From Octopus sinensis (lineage: Eukaryota), in NCBI RefSeq assembly GCF_006345805.1, contig NC_042998.1, positions 10,478,001 through 10,542,000 of the forward strand: DNA of 64,000 nt, given 5' to 3'. The position numbers and the translations under genes are program-made. Position 1 is the first letter of the stretch; each line of letters begins with the position of its first letter. Positions 49,660-62,053 of the stretch are shown one piece after another. Below the pieces are notes generated by a model that did no database searches, had not been told where the DNA came from, and saw only the letters and a list, made by a program, of their open reading frames with translations.

Positions 49660-50230
49660 TTCCGAAGAAAAAAAAATTGTATGAGGTTTAAGGACTGTAT
49701 AAGAACTAATATGAAGTCACTTGGAATGGATCCAAAGGCCATAGAAATCAATGCTTCGGATCGAGTTGGATGGCGAACAAAAGTGTGGAGTGGAGTGAAA
49801 GCCTTTGAAGAAACCAGGATAACCCATGCGAAACTCAAAAGAAATTTAAAGAAAAATGCTACGATCAAGGAGAAAATGAATCCCAACAATCTTTTTGTGC
49901 GCACAATTTGTGACAGACCATGCTTTTCTTTTGCTGGGCTTAAATCTCATTAGAGGACCCATGAAAAACAAATCTCTACTAACTACTCTACCTGTCTATC
50001 TGTGCATACCCGTTAATGCTGTGGTGACCTGAAAAGACATTTTAAGATCCACAAAGATCAGAACTTAACTGCAGCTCTTGACGGTCCAAAGCAGATATGC
50101 AATTTATGTGGGTGTCTTTTCAAAACACTCTCAAGTTTAAAAAGCCACATCAGACGCCATGATAGATCTAAGGTATCAGTACAAGCGGTAGTCAAACTCT
50201 GTATAAGAAGCAAGCAGTCACCATGTATAT
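49660..50230 (+). mobile_element. RTE-clade LINE 3' end with three C2H2-like zinc-finger motifs
   Basis: One frame from 49681: RFKDCIRTNMK...DRVGWR...TICDRPCFSFAGLKSH*RTH...CCGDLKRHFKIH...ICNLCGCLFKTLSSLKSHIRRH; two stops. Confidence 0.8.
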
Positions 50231-50233
50231 ATA

Positions 50234-50270
<37 letters not shown>

Positions 50271-50276
<6 letters not shown>

Positions 50277-50824
50277 CATATAACTAGATCACAAAATGTA
50301 CAAAAATGAATAAGCAATATATAATATCTGAACTAAAATCAAAAAATATTAAGTGTGATTGTTTTGTAAAATAGTTTGGTAATTAAATATTTGAGTACAG
50401 CTAGGTTAAATATATTCTATATTTTATTAATGTTTTTTTATTAAAGCTAAATTATATCTTCACAGATAATTACATCTTTCTACCTATTTGCTCTATTTGT
50501 TTACCTTAAATATTTAACATGATAAATGTATTGCAGGCAACTGGTCCTAATGTTTTAAGTTTCAAATTTAGTTAATGGAATTTCTTCTATAAGAACAATC
50601 ATGATTTTATTTCTTTAAGAAATATTGTTTAATTCTATTTGATTATTTAACTATTATTGTTGATCTGAGGAGTGACTATAATTTTAAATTGAATTGTTTT
50701 TCGATTAAATTTAAATTTAATTGTAATTCAAATTAAAATTATAGCCATCAAACGTACGTAGTCTTTTTACTTATATATTGTTTATTCATTTTTGTACTTT
50801 TTGTGATCTAGTTATATGTTTTAA
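50271..50824. repeat. AT-rich segment bounded by ~54-bp inverted repeats (possible MITE)
   Basis: ttaaaacatataactagatcacaaaa... (50271-50324) is the reverse complement of about 50771-50824, with about 3 differences. Confidence 0.7.
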
Positions 50825-51106
50825 AATATATTTTATTTTTTATTCATGATTTGGTTTATGTCTATCATTGTTTGAATTGAATAATAGTGGTTTATAATTA
50901 CATTCTTAATTTTTTACATACTTAATTTTGTGGGTTAACAAGGCTATCAAAGCTTTTATGTAAAGAAAAAAAGCTATCTCTTTACAATTATCAAGCCTGC
51001 CACATGGAAATTTTGGTAGTCGTCTCCATTTTGAATGAGCATATACATACATACACACTCGCAAACTCACAAACACACACACACATGTATGTATGTATAT
51101 ACATAC

Positions 51107-51326
51107 ATATTAAAATACTAGGTAATAGTGCTAACCATCGATTTGTATTATCAATTTATATACCTTGCGTTGTTTTTTTATTAAAAAAATTAAAACACAC
51201 ATACACAATATATGTATATACATATATTGTGTATGTGTGTTTTAACTTTTTTAATAAAAACAACGCAAGGTATATAAATTGATAATACAAATCGATGGTT
51301 AGCACCATTACCTAGTATTTTAATAT
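51107..51326. repeat. Loop-less ~110-bp-arm palindrome at a PLE terminus
   Basis: Centre caatatatgtat|atacatatattg at 51217/51218; two substitutions and a small indel between arms. Confidence 0.95.
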
Positions 51327-52130
51327 TTCGTGTTTGGGACCTCCCTTTTCAAGAAATCTACGAAGAGAAATTATTGGTTGGTGACTCTTCTGCTCTATAA
51401 TGTGTGCGTTTGTAGAGTTAGTTTGCATTGCTGTCGTATCTAATCGGCTGCATGCCGTTGTGATCTATTATTTCCTCACGGGCTGTGCATGTTGATTAAA
51501 ATAGCACCGTTCATTCTCAAGTTACCAAAATTTCTTTCTGTAGTTTCCTTGGTGACTTGGATGTCCTGAGTGAGACATTTAAGTAGGTGCTTTTTGACCG
51601 AAGAAGCAATAGTATAGAGGTGTCCTTTAACCTGTATGAGAACTTGTTTGATGGTACTTATGATGTAATTTGCCACACAAGATTTTATAATCCACGTAGG
51701 ACCGCAGACACATTATCCATCTTTGATCAGGCAATTGGGCAATGTAAATAAGATGTTGTTTTCTCTTGGCCTATTTTTAGTTAAGACTTTCTTCAGGTAA
51801 GCTCTGGAATGTGCTAGACCTATGTTCAACCCCTCATTAGAAATTGTAGGGTGGATTACATCAGTTGTTTTTTTCGGTAAAATGTAGCAGTTTCATAAAA
51901 CACGTTATCATTGAATGTGTAATTTTGCTAGTGGTCCGGTTATATCCTGGGGTTTAGTGAAAGAATATGGAAAATGATTCTCCATCAGGACTTTTTGGAA
52001 TTGCATGGTGTTGGTGTTTTTGCTTCCTGTCTCGCTGCAATTACTGAGTATCACGTGGATCTCGTTTCTTCTGTAGGTAATCTTAACTCCGATGGGCAGG
52101 GATGAATTATGATTTACAAATAGGCCCGTC
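51240..52130 (-). mobile_element. Penelope-like (Neptune-type) element 3' fragment
   Basis: NHNSSLPIGVKITYRRNEI (RT thumb), Cys-rich linker, then degenerate GIY-YIG (IIKSCVANYIISTIKQV...HL...SSVKKHL...NLRMNGAILINMHSP). Confidence 0.7.
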
Positions 52131-52719
52131 ACACCGCTATTCGTTCAGTGAAAATGAACATATGTATACATGTGTATGTATATATATGTATACACACATA
52201 TATATATATATATGTATATGGGTATATGTGTGTGTGTATATATGTAAGTCTATATGTATATATATGTAAGTATATGCGTGTATGTGTGTATATATATGTA
52301 TACATGTGTGTGCGTGTATGTATGCATATATGTTTGTATATATGCGTGTAGATATATATATATATAGATGTATATGTATATATGTATGTGCATGTATGTA
52401 TGTGTATATATATGTATATATATAAATATGTATATATACTTTTTGTATGTTTATATGAAGGGAAGTAAATATGTGAGCTAGCATGATCTCCCCCCACTTC
52501 CCCTCCCAAACCAATATAAAAAAATATATTTCTGTCAACAAATATTCCAAAACTAACCTTATAATGTTTTTACTGTCTGCCATCATCTTTTTATCAAAAG
52601 ATATGTATCTTACACCTCATTAATAACAACCCCACCCTCAGACACACACCTAAACTCATTTTAACATAGAAAATTACTGAAGCTTCTCTTTATGAAATTA
52701 AGATAGCTAATCCAGAGAA

Positions 52720-53132
52720 GGCGGCGAGCTGGCAGAAACGTTAGCACGGCGGGCGAAATGCTTAGCAGTATTTCCTCTGCCGCTACGTTCTGAGTTCAAA
52801 TTCCGCCGAGGTCGACTTTGCCTTTCATCCTTTCGGGGTTGATAAAATAAGTACCCGTTACGCACTGGGGTCGATGTAATCGACTTAATCCGTTTGTCTG
52901 TCCTTGTTTGTACCCTCTGTGTTCAGCCCCTTGTGGGTAGTAAAGAAATAGGTATTTCGTCTGCCGCTGCGTTCTGAGTTCAAATTCCGCCGAGGTTGTC
53001 TTTGCCTTTCATCCTTTCGGGGTTGATAAAATAAGTACCAGTTACGCACTGGGGTCGATGTAATCGACTTAATCGCTTTGTCTGTCCTTGTTTGTCCCCT
53101 CTATGTTTAGCCCCTTGCGCGCAATAAAGAAA
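52720..53132 (+). mobile_element. SINE family B tandem dimer (second unit headless)
   Basis: Same junction aaagaaatag|gtatttcgtctg at 52951/52952; TSD aagatagctaat at 52700-52711 and 53134-53145. Confidence 0.88.
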
Positions 53133-53665
53133 AAAGATAGCTAATTCAGCCATAAGAGTAGAATTTGAAAATCATCTGACCATTATATTTTTCACCGAAG
53201 GTCAACTATCCAAACGGAACCAGCAGGAGGGCACCTTCACAAACCCTTCGTAAAACATTCCTTAAGCAGCCCCACCACTTTCCAACTCCACTCTGAATTA
53301 ATTGTTCTTACCATTCACTATCTTCTTTCTGCCCTTGTTCATCAACACTACTTCACTCCCACACTTTATTAACAAACCTAATCCCACCCCAGACACACCC
53401 AAATCTCTTATATATAGAATCGCACAGCACAACACAACCTGACATCGGTTTGACAATCTCCATCGACGAATGCGAGGAAGTTCTCCAGAAAAGCTAACAA
53501 GGAATCTTTAATAAAATCTCTCCACTGAAGTTAATAAAGAACTTACTAGATCTACAAACCAAACTGTAAAATCATATCATTAAAAAAAATTAAACTGATT
53601 AGAATTACCAGTGAAGTAATTCTTTTCGTTTTTTAAATGTGTGTGTGTGTGTGTGTGTGTGCGTA

Positions 53666-53696
<31 letters not shown>

Positions 53697-53857
53697 ATAG
53701 ATAAATAAATAAATAAATAATACACATTAAGTACAGGACATTACCAACGTGTGATAAATACCTAAACATAGAGATAAGTGCTGGACAAAATACCAAAAGA
53801 AGTCTAACTCCTCCTCAGTTGTCGACTGTTTTACTACTCCCTATTACGTGTTTAGAC

Positions 53858-53975
53858 GCAGGCGTGGCTGTGTGGCAAGAAGCTTGCTTTCCAACCACAT
53901 GGTTCCAGGTTCAATTCCCTTGCATGGTACTTTGGGCAGGTTTCTTCTACTATAGCTTCAGGTCGACCAGTGCCC
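53858..53975 (+). mobile_element. Diverged SINE family A head
   Basis: gcaggcgtggctgtgtggcaagaagcttgc...ggttcaattccc. Confidence 0.7.
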
Positions 53976-53977
53976 TT

Positions 53978-54215
53978 TTAAAGCCTAGCCAGGCTCGTGG
54001 GCCCAGTTTCCCGGTTTCAATGGCGTATGTGTTCCCCCAGCTGGACGGGACGCCAGTCCATCACAGCGTTACTCATTTTTGCCTGCTGGGTGGACTGGAG
54101 CAACGTAAAATGAAGTGTTTTGCTCAAGAACACAACGCGTCGCCCGGTCCAGGAATCGAAACCAAAATCTTACGATCATGATGCTGACACCCTAACCACT
54201 AAGCCACGCGCCTCC
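53978..54215 (-). mobile_element. SINE with family-C-like head and body type 4 (CORE-containing)
   Basis: Minus strand ggaggcgcgtggcttagtggttaggg...ttcgattcctggacc...cttgagcaaaacacttcattttacgttgctccag. Confidence 0.8.
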
Positions 54216-54244
54216 ATCGCACATAATGTACAAGTATAAAACCT

Positions 54245-54700
54245 TCCAGGTTCACATTCCCTAACTAGCAGTCTTTTATTTTCCTCTTAATATTTACCTG
54301 TATTAGCCTGTTGTGCTCAAAGGTTTTCATGCTAATCCATAATTTTGAATGGCAGGTACCACTACGTGGCTTTTCAGATTTTTGATTAATTCCTACACTC
54401 TTCAAGATCCCCTTCAATGCATCCTTGAACCTTTTCTTTGGCTTACACTGTTTCCTTTTCTTCTCTGAACCACTTCCCCATAGAACAATTGTTAAGGAGT
54501 ACGCTCGTCGGCCATACTGACAATATGTCCGTATCATCACAGCTGATTTTTCAAAATTATCGCCAGGCTGGAAAAAATACCAGATGCAGCTAGAACATCA
54601 AAGTTGGGGGTGAATAAATTTCATTTTATTTTCAGAAAAAGGCGTAGGCATTTATGATTGAATCGTTCTAGGAGTCCGAAGTGATGTCCAAATTTCAGAG
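54245..54700 (-). mobile_element. Degraded RTE LINE 3' fragment
   Basis: LERFNHKCLRLFLKIK, YGHIVSMADERTP*QLFYGE, KPKKRFKDALK. Confidence 0.75.
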
Positions 54701-54989
54701 GCGTATACAAGGGAGAATAATACAAAATATTTATAACACCCCCCACACACATACATACACACATGTCTATAGATACATACGTTTGTGAATGAACGTGCGC
54801 GTAATCAAAGTATTCGGGGGTTAAGAAATAGAGAAACAGCACGCTGTACATTACGTAAAATATGGAGTCTAAATGGTTTAGTTGCTTTTGAAAATGAAAA
54901 TCTAGTCATTTTTTTCTATTATTGTATTGTAAAGCATAACACTATAGAGGCAGGTAACTAATAAACTTTTCAGATTTGAAACAATATAT

Positions 54990-55081
<92 letters not shown>

Positions 55082-55226
55082 TTATATATGTATATATATA
55101 CATACACGATGTAATGGAAAACCATTTGCGTCACAGATTTGACAATGATGAGGATCTGTTATTCAATACAAATATTCATTTATGTAAATGTAGGTATGTA
55201 TGCATGTAGGTATCTATCTACATCTA

Positions 55227-55307
<81 letters not shown>

Positions 55308-55327
55308 GTGTGTGTGTGTATGCATCT

Positions 55328-55520
55328 ATATATGTAATGGGAAAGTTTACGAAAATAAACAAAAGACGAAGGCAGGTGGTGTACAAACAAACAAATGTAT
55401 TAGTATAGAGCTCAGGAATAGAAAAAGTATTTTACGTTTCGAGCCTACGCTCTTCTACAGAAAGGGACACAGAGAAAAAACAAGGAGAGAAACAAGGAGA
55501 GAAAAAAAAAGAGAGAAAAA
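55328..55520 (-). mobile_element. Hammerhead-containing ~200-bp unit (PLE-terminus or retrozyme-like), copy 1
   Basis: UUU-CUGUAGA-A-GAGC guag GCUC-GAAA-CG-UA-AAA at 55430-55463. Confidence 0.7.
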
Positions 55521-55574
55521 TGTTTGTTTATTCATTAAAACCACATATCAACTCATCAATAGTTACACTTCGCA

Positions 55575-55800
55575 GGGTGGCGATCTGGCAGAATCGTTAG
55601 CACGCCTGGCGAAATGCATAGCAGTATTTCGTCTGCTGTTACGTTCTGAGTTCAAGCACCGCCGAGATCGACTTTGCCTTTTATCTTTTCGGGGTCGATT
55701 AAATAATTACCAGTTACGCACTGTGGTCAATGTAATCATCTTAAGCCCTTTGTCTGTCCTTGTTTTTCCCCTCTATGACCCTGTGGGCAATAAAGTAATA
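55575..55800 (+). mobile_element. Diverged SINE family B
   Basis: gggtggcgatctggcagaatcgttagcacgcc...gagatcgactttgcctttta. Confidence 0.8.
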
Positions 55801-55907
55801 AATATTTACACTTCGTTATACTTTTTATTTTGTGAATAACACTTTAGCGTTTGAAGCTGTTGACTTCGTAAAACCACACATAAATATCAAAACAGACAAA
55901 TATTATT

Positions 55908-55980
55908 TGGCAGTAAGGGGCTCGAACCCACGGTATTTGCGTTAGTAGCTTGGCGCTCTAACCAACTGAGACAAGCGGTT
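55908..55980 (-). pseudogene. tRNA-Ile(AAT)-like pseudogene with anticodon ACT
   Basis: D arm ctcagttggttagagc, anticodon arm gc-tactaac-gc, T arm gtgggttcgagcccc; acceptor stem unpaired. Confidence 0.6.
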
Positions 55981-56096
55981 ACGCTGTAGATATTAACGTA
56001 ATAATAATGAACACAAAGTTACTATAGACCACACATGAACACTTTCACAGTTAATCTGTTGACGCTTGGGAGAGAGATGCAGAGAGGAAGATTGGG

Positions 56097-56129
<33 letters not shown>

Positions 56130-56139
56130 ATATATATAT

Positions 56140-56344
56140 ATATAGGAGAGTTCACGAAAAAAAAAGAAGCAAAAGACGAAGACAGGTGGTGTACGAAACA
56201 AACAGATGTATTAGTATAACGCTCAGGAATAGAAAAAGTCTTTTACGTTTCGAGCCTACGCTCTTCTACAGAAAGGGACACAGAGAAAAAAAAACAAGGA
56301 GAGAAACAAGGAGAGAAAAAATAGTGTGTAGTGGCTACCGATCT

Positions 56345-56345
<1 letters not shown>
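56140..56345 (-). mobile_element. Hammerhead-containing unit, copy 2
   Basis: Same motif at 56241-56274; (TA)n on both sides. Confidence 0.7.
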
Positions 56346-56383
<38 letters not shown>

Positions 56384-57230
56384 ATAGAGTTATAGCTAAC
56401 TAGATGGATAGATAGACAAATATATGGATAGATAGATAGATAAATACGGGGAGTGAGAGAGTGAGTGAGAAATAGAAAGGGAAGTTGAAAGGAAACAAAG
56501 GTAAAGGAAATAAAGAGGGAGAGACGACAGATTTAGAGATACACTATTCAACGCTACACATTTTTTGGTAACACTTTATCATTTTAAGTAATTGAATTTC
56601 TTCCAATTTGTGAGATTTATACTTTCTAAATCATTCGAAGCGAGCTGGAGTCGCTCTGTTTATTTTTCGCATTTCTCTCATAATGCTTAATGAAATCATT
56701 TTCTAAATTACTCAAGAGCGTTTCTACTCTCTTGTTATAACAGTGTCTCTACTTACTTGTCCTGTTTGTATTTAAAAGTTCATTCAATTTTGTTATCTCG
56801 TCTTACGTATAGTAAAAGGTAATGAATCCGTGGATGATGCCAATCATACACAACAAAAAACGTAGTTGTAGTAAGTGAAAGTCAGAGATGCTAAAAGCAG
56901 GCGAACTGTAATGCGTTGTTTTGCTATGAAGTCGTTGATACTTTAATCAAAATTTAAGAAAAATCTTATCGTATATTATATTTACTAGCAGGCTCTGTAG
57001 AAATTCTACAGTATAAGTCAGCGTATTTTAAAACATTATGCTATTATATTAAACACAAGTAAGGAATTTCAAAAAATTCTTATGACATCCTGTCATTAAA
57101 TCAAAACTGTACATTCAAATATAATCGAAATGAACTTTGAAGGTATTGCTTATTTTCCTTCTTTTAATATGATGTGCTTCTTTATAGTTTAAGGAAATAA
57201 AGGATGAATTAAAATGAAAAATCTTATTCG

Positions 57231-57281
<51 letters not shown>

Positions 57282-57512
57282 ATAGTAAAAGGTGAAAAAA
57301 CTACAGAAGGCTTGTTTTAAAAGGTTAAAAAATATATTTGAGTCATTATGTCAGAAGAATGTTATAAAATGTTTTCATACAGTGACATAGTTTTTGAAGA
57401 AATTACCGGTTTCGTATTAACTATTAAAATTTCTCAAAACATCGTGTTATGTCTTTGTTATGAAGTGCAAAGAAGAGTTCCAGGTAGGGGGAGGTAATAA
57501 GCGATTTCTTCC

Positions 57513-57573
<61 letters not shown>

Positions 57574-57574
57574 G

Positions 57575-57770
57575 TGAGAATTTACAAAAAAACAAAAACA
57601 AATGACGAAGACGGGTGTTTAAGCAACAAACAAATGCATTAGTTTAACGCTCGGGAAGTGAGAAAGTCTTTTACGTTTCGAGCCTACGCTCTTTGACAGA
57701 AAAGAACACAGCAATAAATAGGGAGAGAAAAAAAAAAAAGGTTTAGCGATCTATAATTCCGAAATGGCGA
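57575..57770 (-). mobile_element. Hammerhead-containing unit, copy 3 (core CUGUCAA)
   Basis: Motif at 57669-57702; (TA)n on both sides. Confidence 0.65.
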
Positions 57771-57771
57771 T

Positions 57772-57815
<44 letters not shown>

Positions 57816-58205
57816 GACTCACCTACGTATCTGTCTAGCTAACGAACTAGCTAGCTTATTAACTATCATATCTGACTTTCCTTCTGTATCTGTCTGTTGT
57901 CATAATACCGATAAGTATTTAAACCATATAACAAAACACGAAAAGTGAATAATGGTGGTGCCCCAGCATGGCAACAGTCTTTGGTCTGGAATATATAAAG
58001 GATAAGCAATTTGCTAAAGTTATTTCACTTCAATTTAACTACCTACCGATATATCTTTATAAATCTTCACCAGATTGTTTCAATATGTTAAACATTTCGA
58101 CTGTGCCTGCGATATGAACACACAAATACAGAATAATAGACACCTTCTCCTCACCTCTCTCTTTTTCTCTCTCTCTCTTTAAAATAAAAGAAATGGAATA
58201 GAACT

Positions 58206-58595
58206 GGGACTGGAAGCACTCCGTCGGTTACGACGATGAGGGTTCTAGTTGATCCGAATCAACGGAACAGCCTGCTCGTGAAATTAACGTGTAAGTGGCT
58301 GAGCCCTCCACAGACACGTGAACCCTTAACGTAGTTCTCGGGGATATTCAGCGTGACACAGAGAGTGAAAAGGCCGGCCCTTTGAAATACAGGTACAACA
58401 GAAACGGGAAGTAAGAGTGAGAGAAAGTTGTGGTGAAAGAGTACAGCAGGGATCACCACCCCCTGCCGGAGCCTCGTGGAGCTTTTAGGTGTTTTCGCTC
58501 AATAAACACTCACAACGCCCGGTCTGGGAATCGAAACCGCGATCCTACGACCGCGAGTCCGCTGCCCTAACCACTGGGCCATTGCGCCTCCACTT
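58206..58595 (-). mobile_element. SINE family C, body type 1
   Basis: TSD gaatagaact at 58196-58205 and 58596-58605. Confidence 0.9.
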
Positions 58596-59269
58596 GAATA
58601 GAACTAGTGCATATGTTTTCTGTTGACCTAATGACTCTGCCAAAATACAAGATCTGTTTCAACACACGGTTTCACACCAAAAGTCTTGCAAACCAAACAC
58701 AAGAACAAAATAACAATTGTTTTCTAGGCAAGCATGAGTCCAAACAGCTTAATGGTACACATGGGAACGAAGCGGCCCTTTTGTATTAATTGCCAGTGAT
58801 CAACGAAAAGTACATTGGATAGCGTTGGATTAGAATGTAGAACGGAGAAGGCATTTAGTTTCTATCTCTAGTGTATCGAAAACAATATTCTCCACTTGTT
58901 CACATTGCATGAAGTGCCTCGCTGTCCACTCCCCATCACTCCCCTGCCCTATCGTTCCCTACCCATCTCTCACTTGCTATTTATTTACCGTATAAATTTC
59001 CATATTTTTCTGTTTACAGGGATACAGTCGTGCCGATACTTGCTATCCTACGAATCAGAATTTATTTCTCTTTGGTCAATGCAGCTCAGTTTCAGAATAC
59101 AGAAATGCCTTTGTAAAGAAAAAATTTCCAACGAAAGTAGATACAGACAGAAAACGAGGTAACCCTCTAAAACAAATGGGTTCCGGTTTTGATCCTGTGA
59201 TCCAGCAGAGTTGTTATCAGGTAAAAAAAATTATACGTAATCACATCTCTTGCGAACTCATATATCTAC

Positions 59270-59361
<92 letters not shown>

Positions 59362-59435
59362 GTATGTATGTATGTATGTATGTATGTATGTATGTATGTA
59401 TGTATGTATGTATGTATGTATGTATGTATGTATAT

Positions 59436-59490
<55 letters not shown>
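59270..59490. repeat. Compound (TCTA)n(TATG)n(TA)n microsatellite
   Basis: Direct reading. Confidence 0.95.
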
Positions 59491-59491
<1 letters not shown>

Positions 59492-60683
59492 ATAAGCAAC
59501 AACGATATCCAGAGGTAAATCAGTACGATTGTTTCATGCAACTCCATTTAATTGAACAATGCAATCATTACATCAATTTAAAATGCAGAGCAATCCTCAG
59601 CTGCACAAAGACATAGAGTTTAATTAAATTAGAACAGATGGACACATTAGTATAATTATACTTAAAATCTCCAAGAAGTTAAAGAGATAGACAAAGAACA
59701 TGCTGTCTCCACTCTAGCATAGAAGTTACTAAGTTATCAAGAAGATATACATTGTTACAGACTCTGCCTGCCTCTGATTTTTTTTTTTTTTTTGCTTTTA
59801 TAGAGTGAGTTTTAATTTATAGACTAGTTTATCAAATCCTTGTATATCTAAGGCTGAGAGAACAGAGGCAGTATCTGTTAGGGGTAGGGCTGAGGGAGCA
59901 GACAGAAATCATAGTTGGTATAGTCATAAAAATCAAGATTTTTTAGAAGCAATATCATGAGGTTTGGCAAAAGGAAAACTTAAAACAAGATGTTAGCTGA
60001 CAATTAAGTTGGTCGCCCACTAGCAGACCATTGATAATGAAACAGGGGAAGTCTTATGTAGTACTATAGTTAAATATTTTAAACAATGTTGCTATATTGT
60101 ACACAGTTAAAGTTTAGGGTTATTCAGAGGATTATTAAGAAGAATATTATAACAAAAGGATAGAAATTTATGAATACTTTTGAGTATATACCAAACGTTT
60201 ACCACAATAGTGGGAGGAAAAGAAATTATCTGGAAATAGCTTAATATTTATACATATTGTACACTTAAATACTAACTCATTAGATGATATCTGTGAATTA
60301 TTGATTAATTGGTATATACTTGTGTTAATAAAGGAGTATTGAGGTAAAAGAACATGCTAATTATATATTAATAAAATTATAATCTAAGCAGTTTTTTTTA
60401 TAAGTAGTGAAAATACCAGTATAGTTTTATATAAGCTAAGTATGAATTTATAGCGATACAAAAATTAGATTAATTTTATATATAAATAAAGACTAATTAT
60501 AAAATAATAAAGAAATAAAATTAAAAAATCAAGTAGGGCAGAAGCATTCAGATCAATGAATGTAACAAGAGTCGATGTTTTTTTATATTTTCAGCAAAAA
60601 ACTATCCGCTTATTATTGAATACGGGTGTCAGCTTATTGCTTTTAAAATGCAGTGTGCGTGTGTGTGTGTGTGTACATACATA

Positions 60684-61205
60684 CATGGTGGCTGACCCCT
60701 CGCTATCGAGTATGGCCATTGCACGAAGCTTAATCAATGTTGTTATCGTGCAATGCCTGGGCAAGAAGATTATTTTTAAGTGGGAAAAGGCCGTGCACTG
60801 AATCAATCCCACTCACTAAGCAACAGCAGCCATAATCCGAAAAGGAGAACAAGTCAAATCATCGGTAACCACTGAGCCGCAGGTTTTATATCGGAGTTAT
60901 CCCAGTTACCTGAGTTACCTTCTCATAGAAGGATGCCCTAACAAAGGCTAGGAGTCCTTCACTCCCAATCGTTTAACTGCGCGATCGGGTATTCAGTCCG
61001 ATTATTTCTATGTCCCCGCGCATGATCCAGCCTTAAGACATTTATTGGATGGCCGTTGACTCTCAAGAGTTCCTTCGCCCTTTGACGGGTTTTGTTTTTC
61101 ATCCCGCAGGGTGTCCAATAAACACCCTCCTCACCAAGCTTCCTCCTCACCAAGCAAGCTTGGTGGGGTTGCCGGTTTAGTCGCCGGCGACCCGACCACG
61201 CGACA
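60684..61205 (-). mobile_element. Second, 5'-truncated copy of the ~550-bp RTE-derived non-autonomous element
   Basis: Reverse-complement match to 40890-41390; TATG-type repeats on both sides. Confidence 0.75.
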
Positions 61206-61283
61206 GATACATATATACATACATACACGGATACGTACGTACACGAATACATATTATGTTTACTAATGTGTGCGTATATATAT

Positions 61284-61317
<34 letters not shown>

Positions 61318-61320
61318 CAA

Positions 61321-61379
<59 letters not shown>

Positions 61380-61839
61380 CATATGTGTGCTTGTGTGTGT
61401 GTGGACATACGTAAATGAGAGTAATGCTAACAGACTTTTATCTGAGATCAATAGGTTTATATCATATTAATTGTAATTAATTTATCTTAAATATGATTTC
61501 AGCAAGACTATCTTCCTACACGAATTTCTCCAAAAAGTTTGGGCCTACTGCGTAAGTACATTTATATCAATAATTCGGTTTATCTAGGTTTTAAAAGCTA
61601 GTCAAGAGTGTTTAGATATTTATTTCAGAGAACTTTGTAAAGTGATAAACATTTCCTAAACACTCAGATTTTAAGTGTTCTCTAACCACTTGGCTGTTAT
61701 ACTCTGAGATATTATTTTAAGTTACAGCAACGACAACTTGCACAAGATACTGATGTGTGTGTGTGTGTGTAGTGTATAGGTTTTATAGGTTTTAAAGCGA
61801 AATACATTTGTGAATGTATTTATATATATATATGTCAAT

Positions 61840-62008
61840 TTATCTAATACAGTTCTATATTTGAGAATTGAGGAATTATGTACATTATTTACATTTGATG
61901 TATATTTCTCCTCATCTTGTACTCTCCAGCCTTCATCAGGTGTCCTTAAGAATTTCTCATTCCTAAGGTATTTTTCCGATGCTATTATTATTATTATTAT
62001 TATTATTA

Positions 62009-62053
<45 letters not shown>

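Noticed and set aside
53150-53580. Possible Jockey/I-like LINE relic (TISIDECEEVLQK...) and a CR1/L2-like 3' relic at about 59790-60060
   Set aside because: Only one weak motif each; too degraded to call without a profile search.
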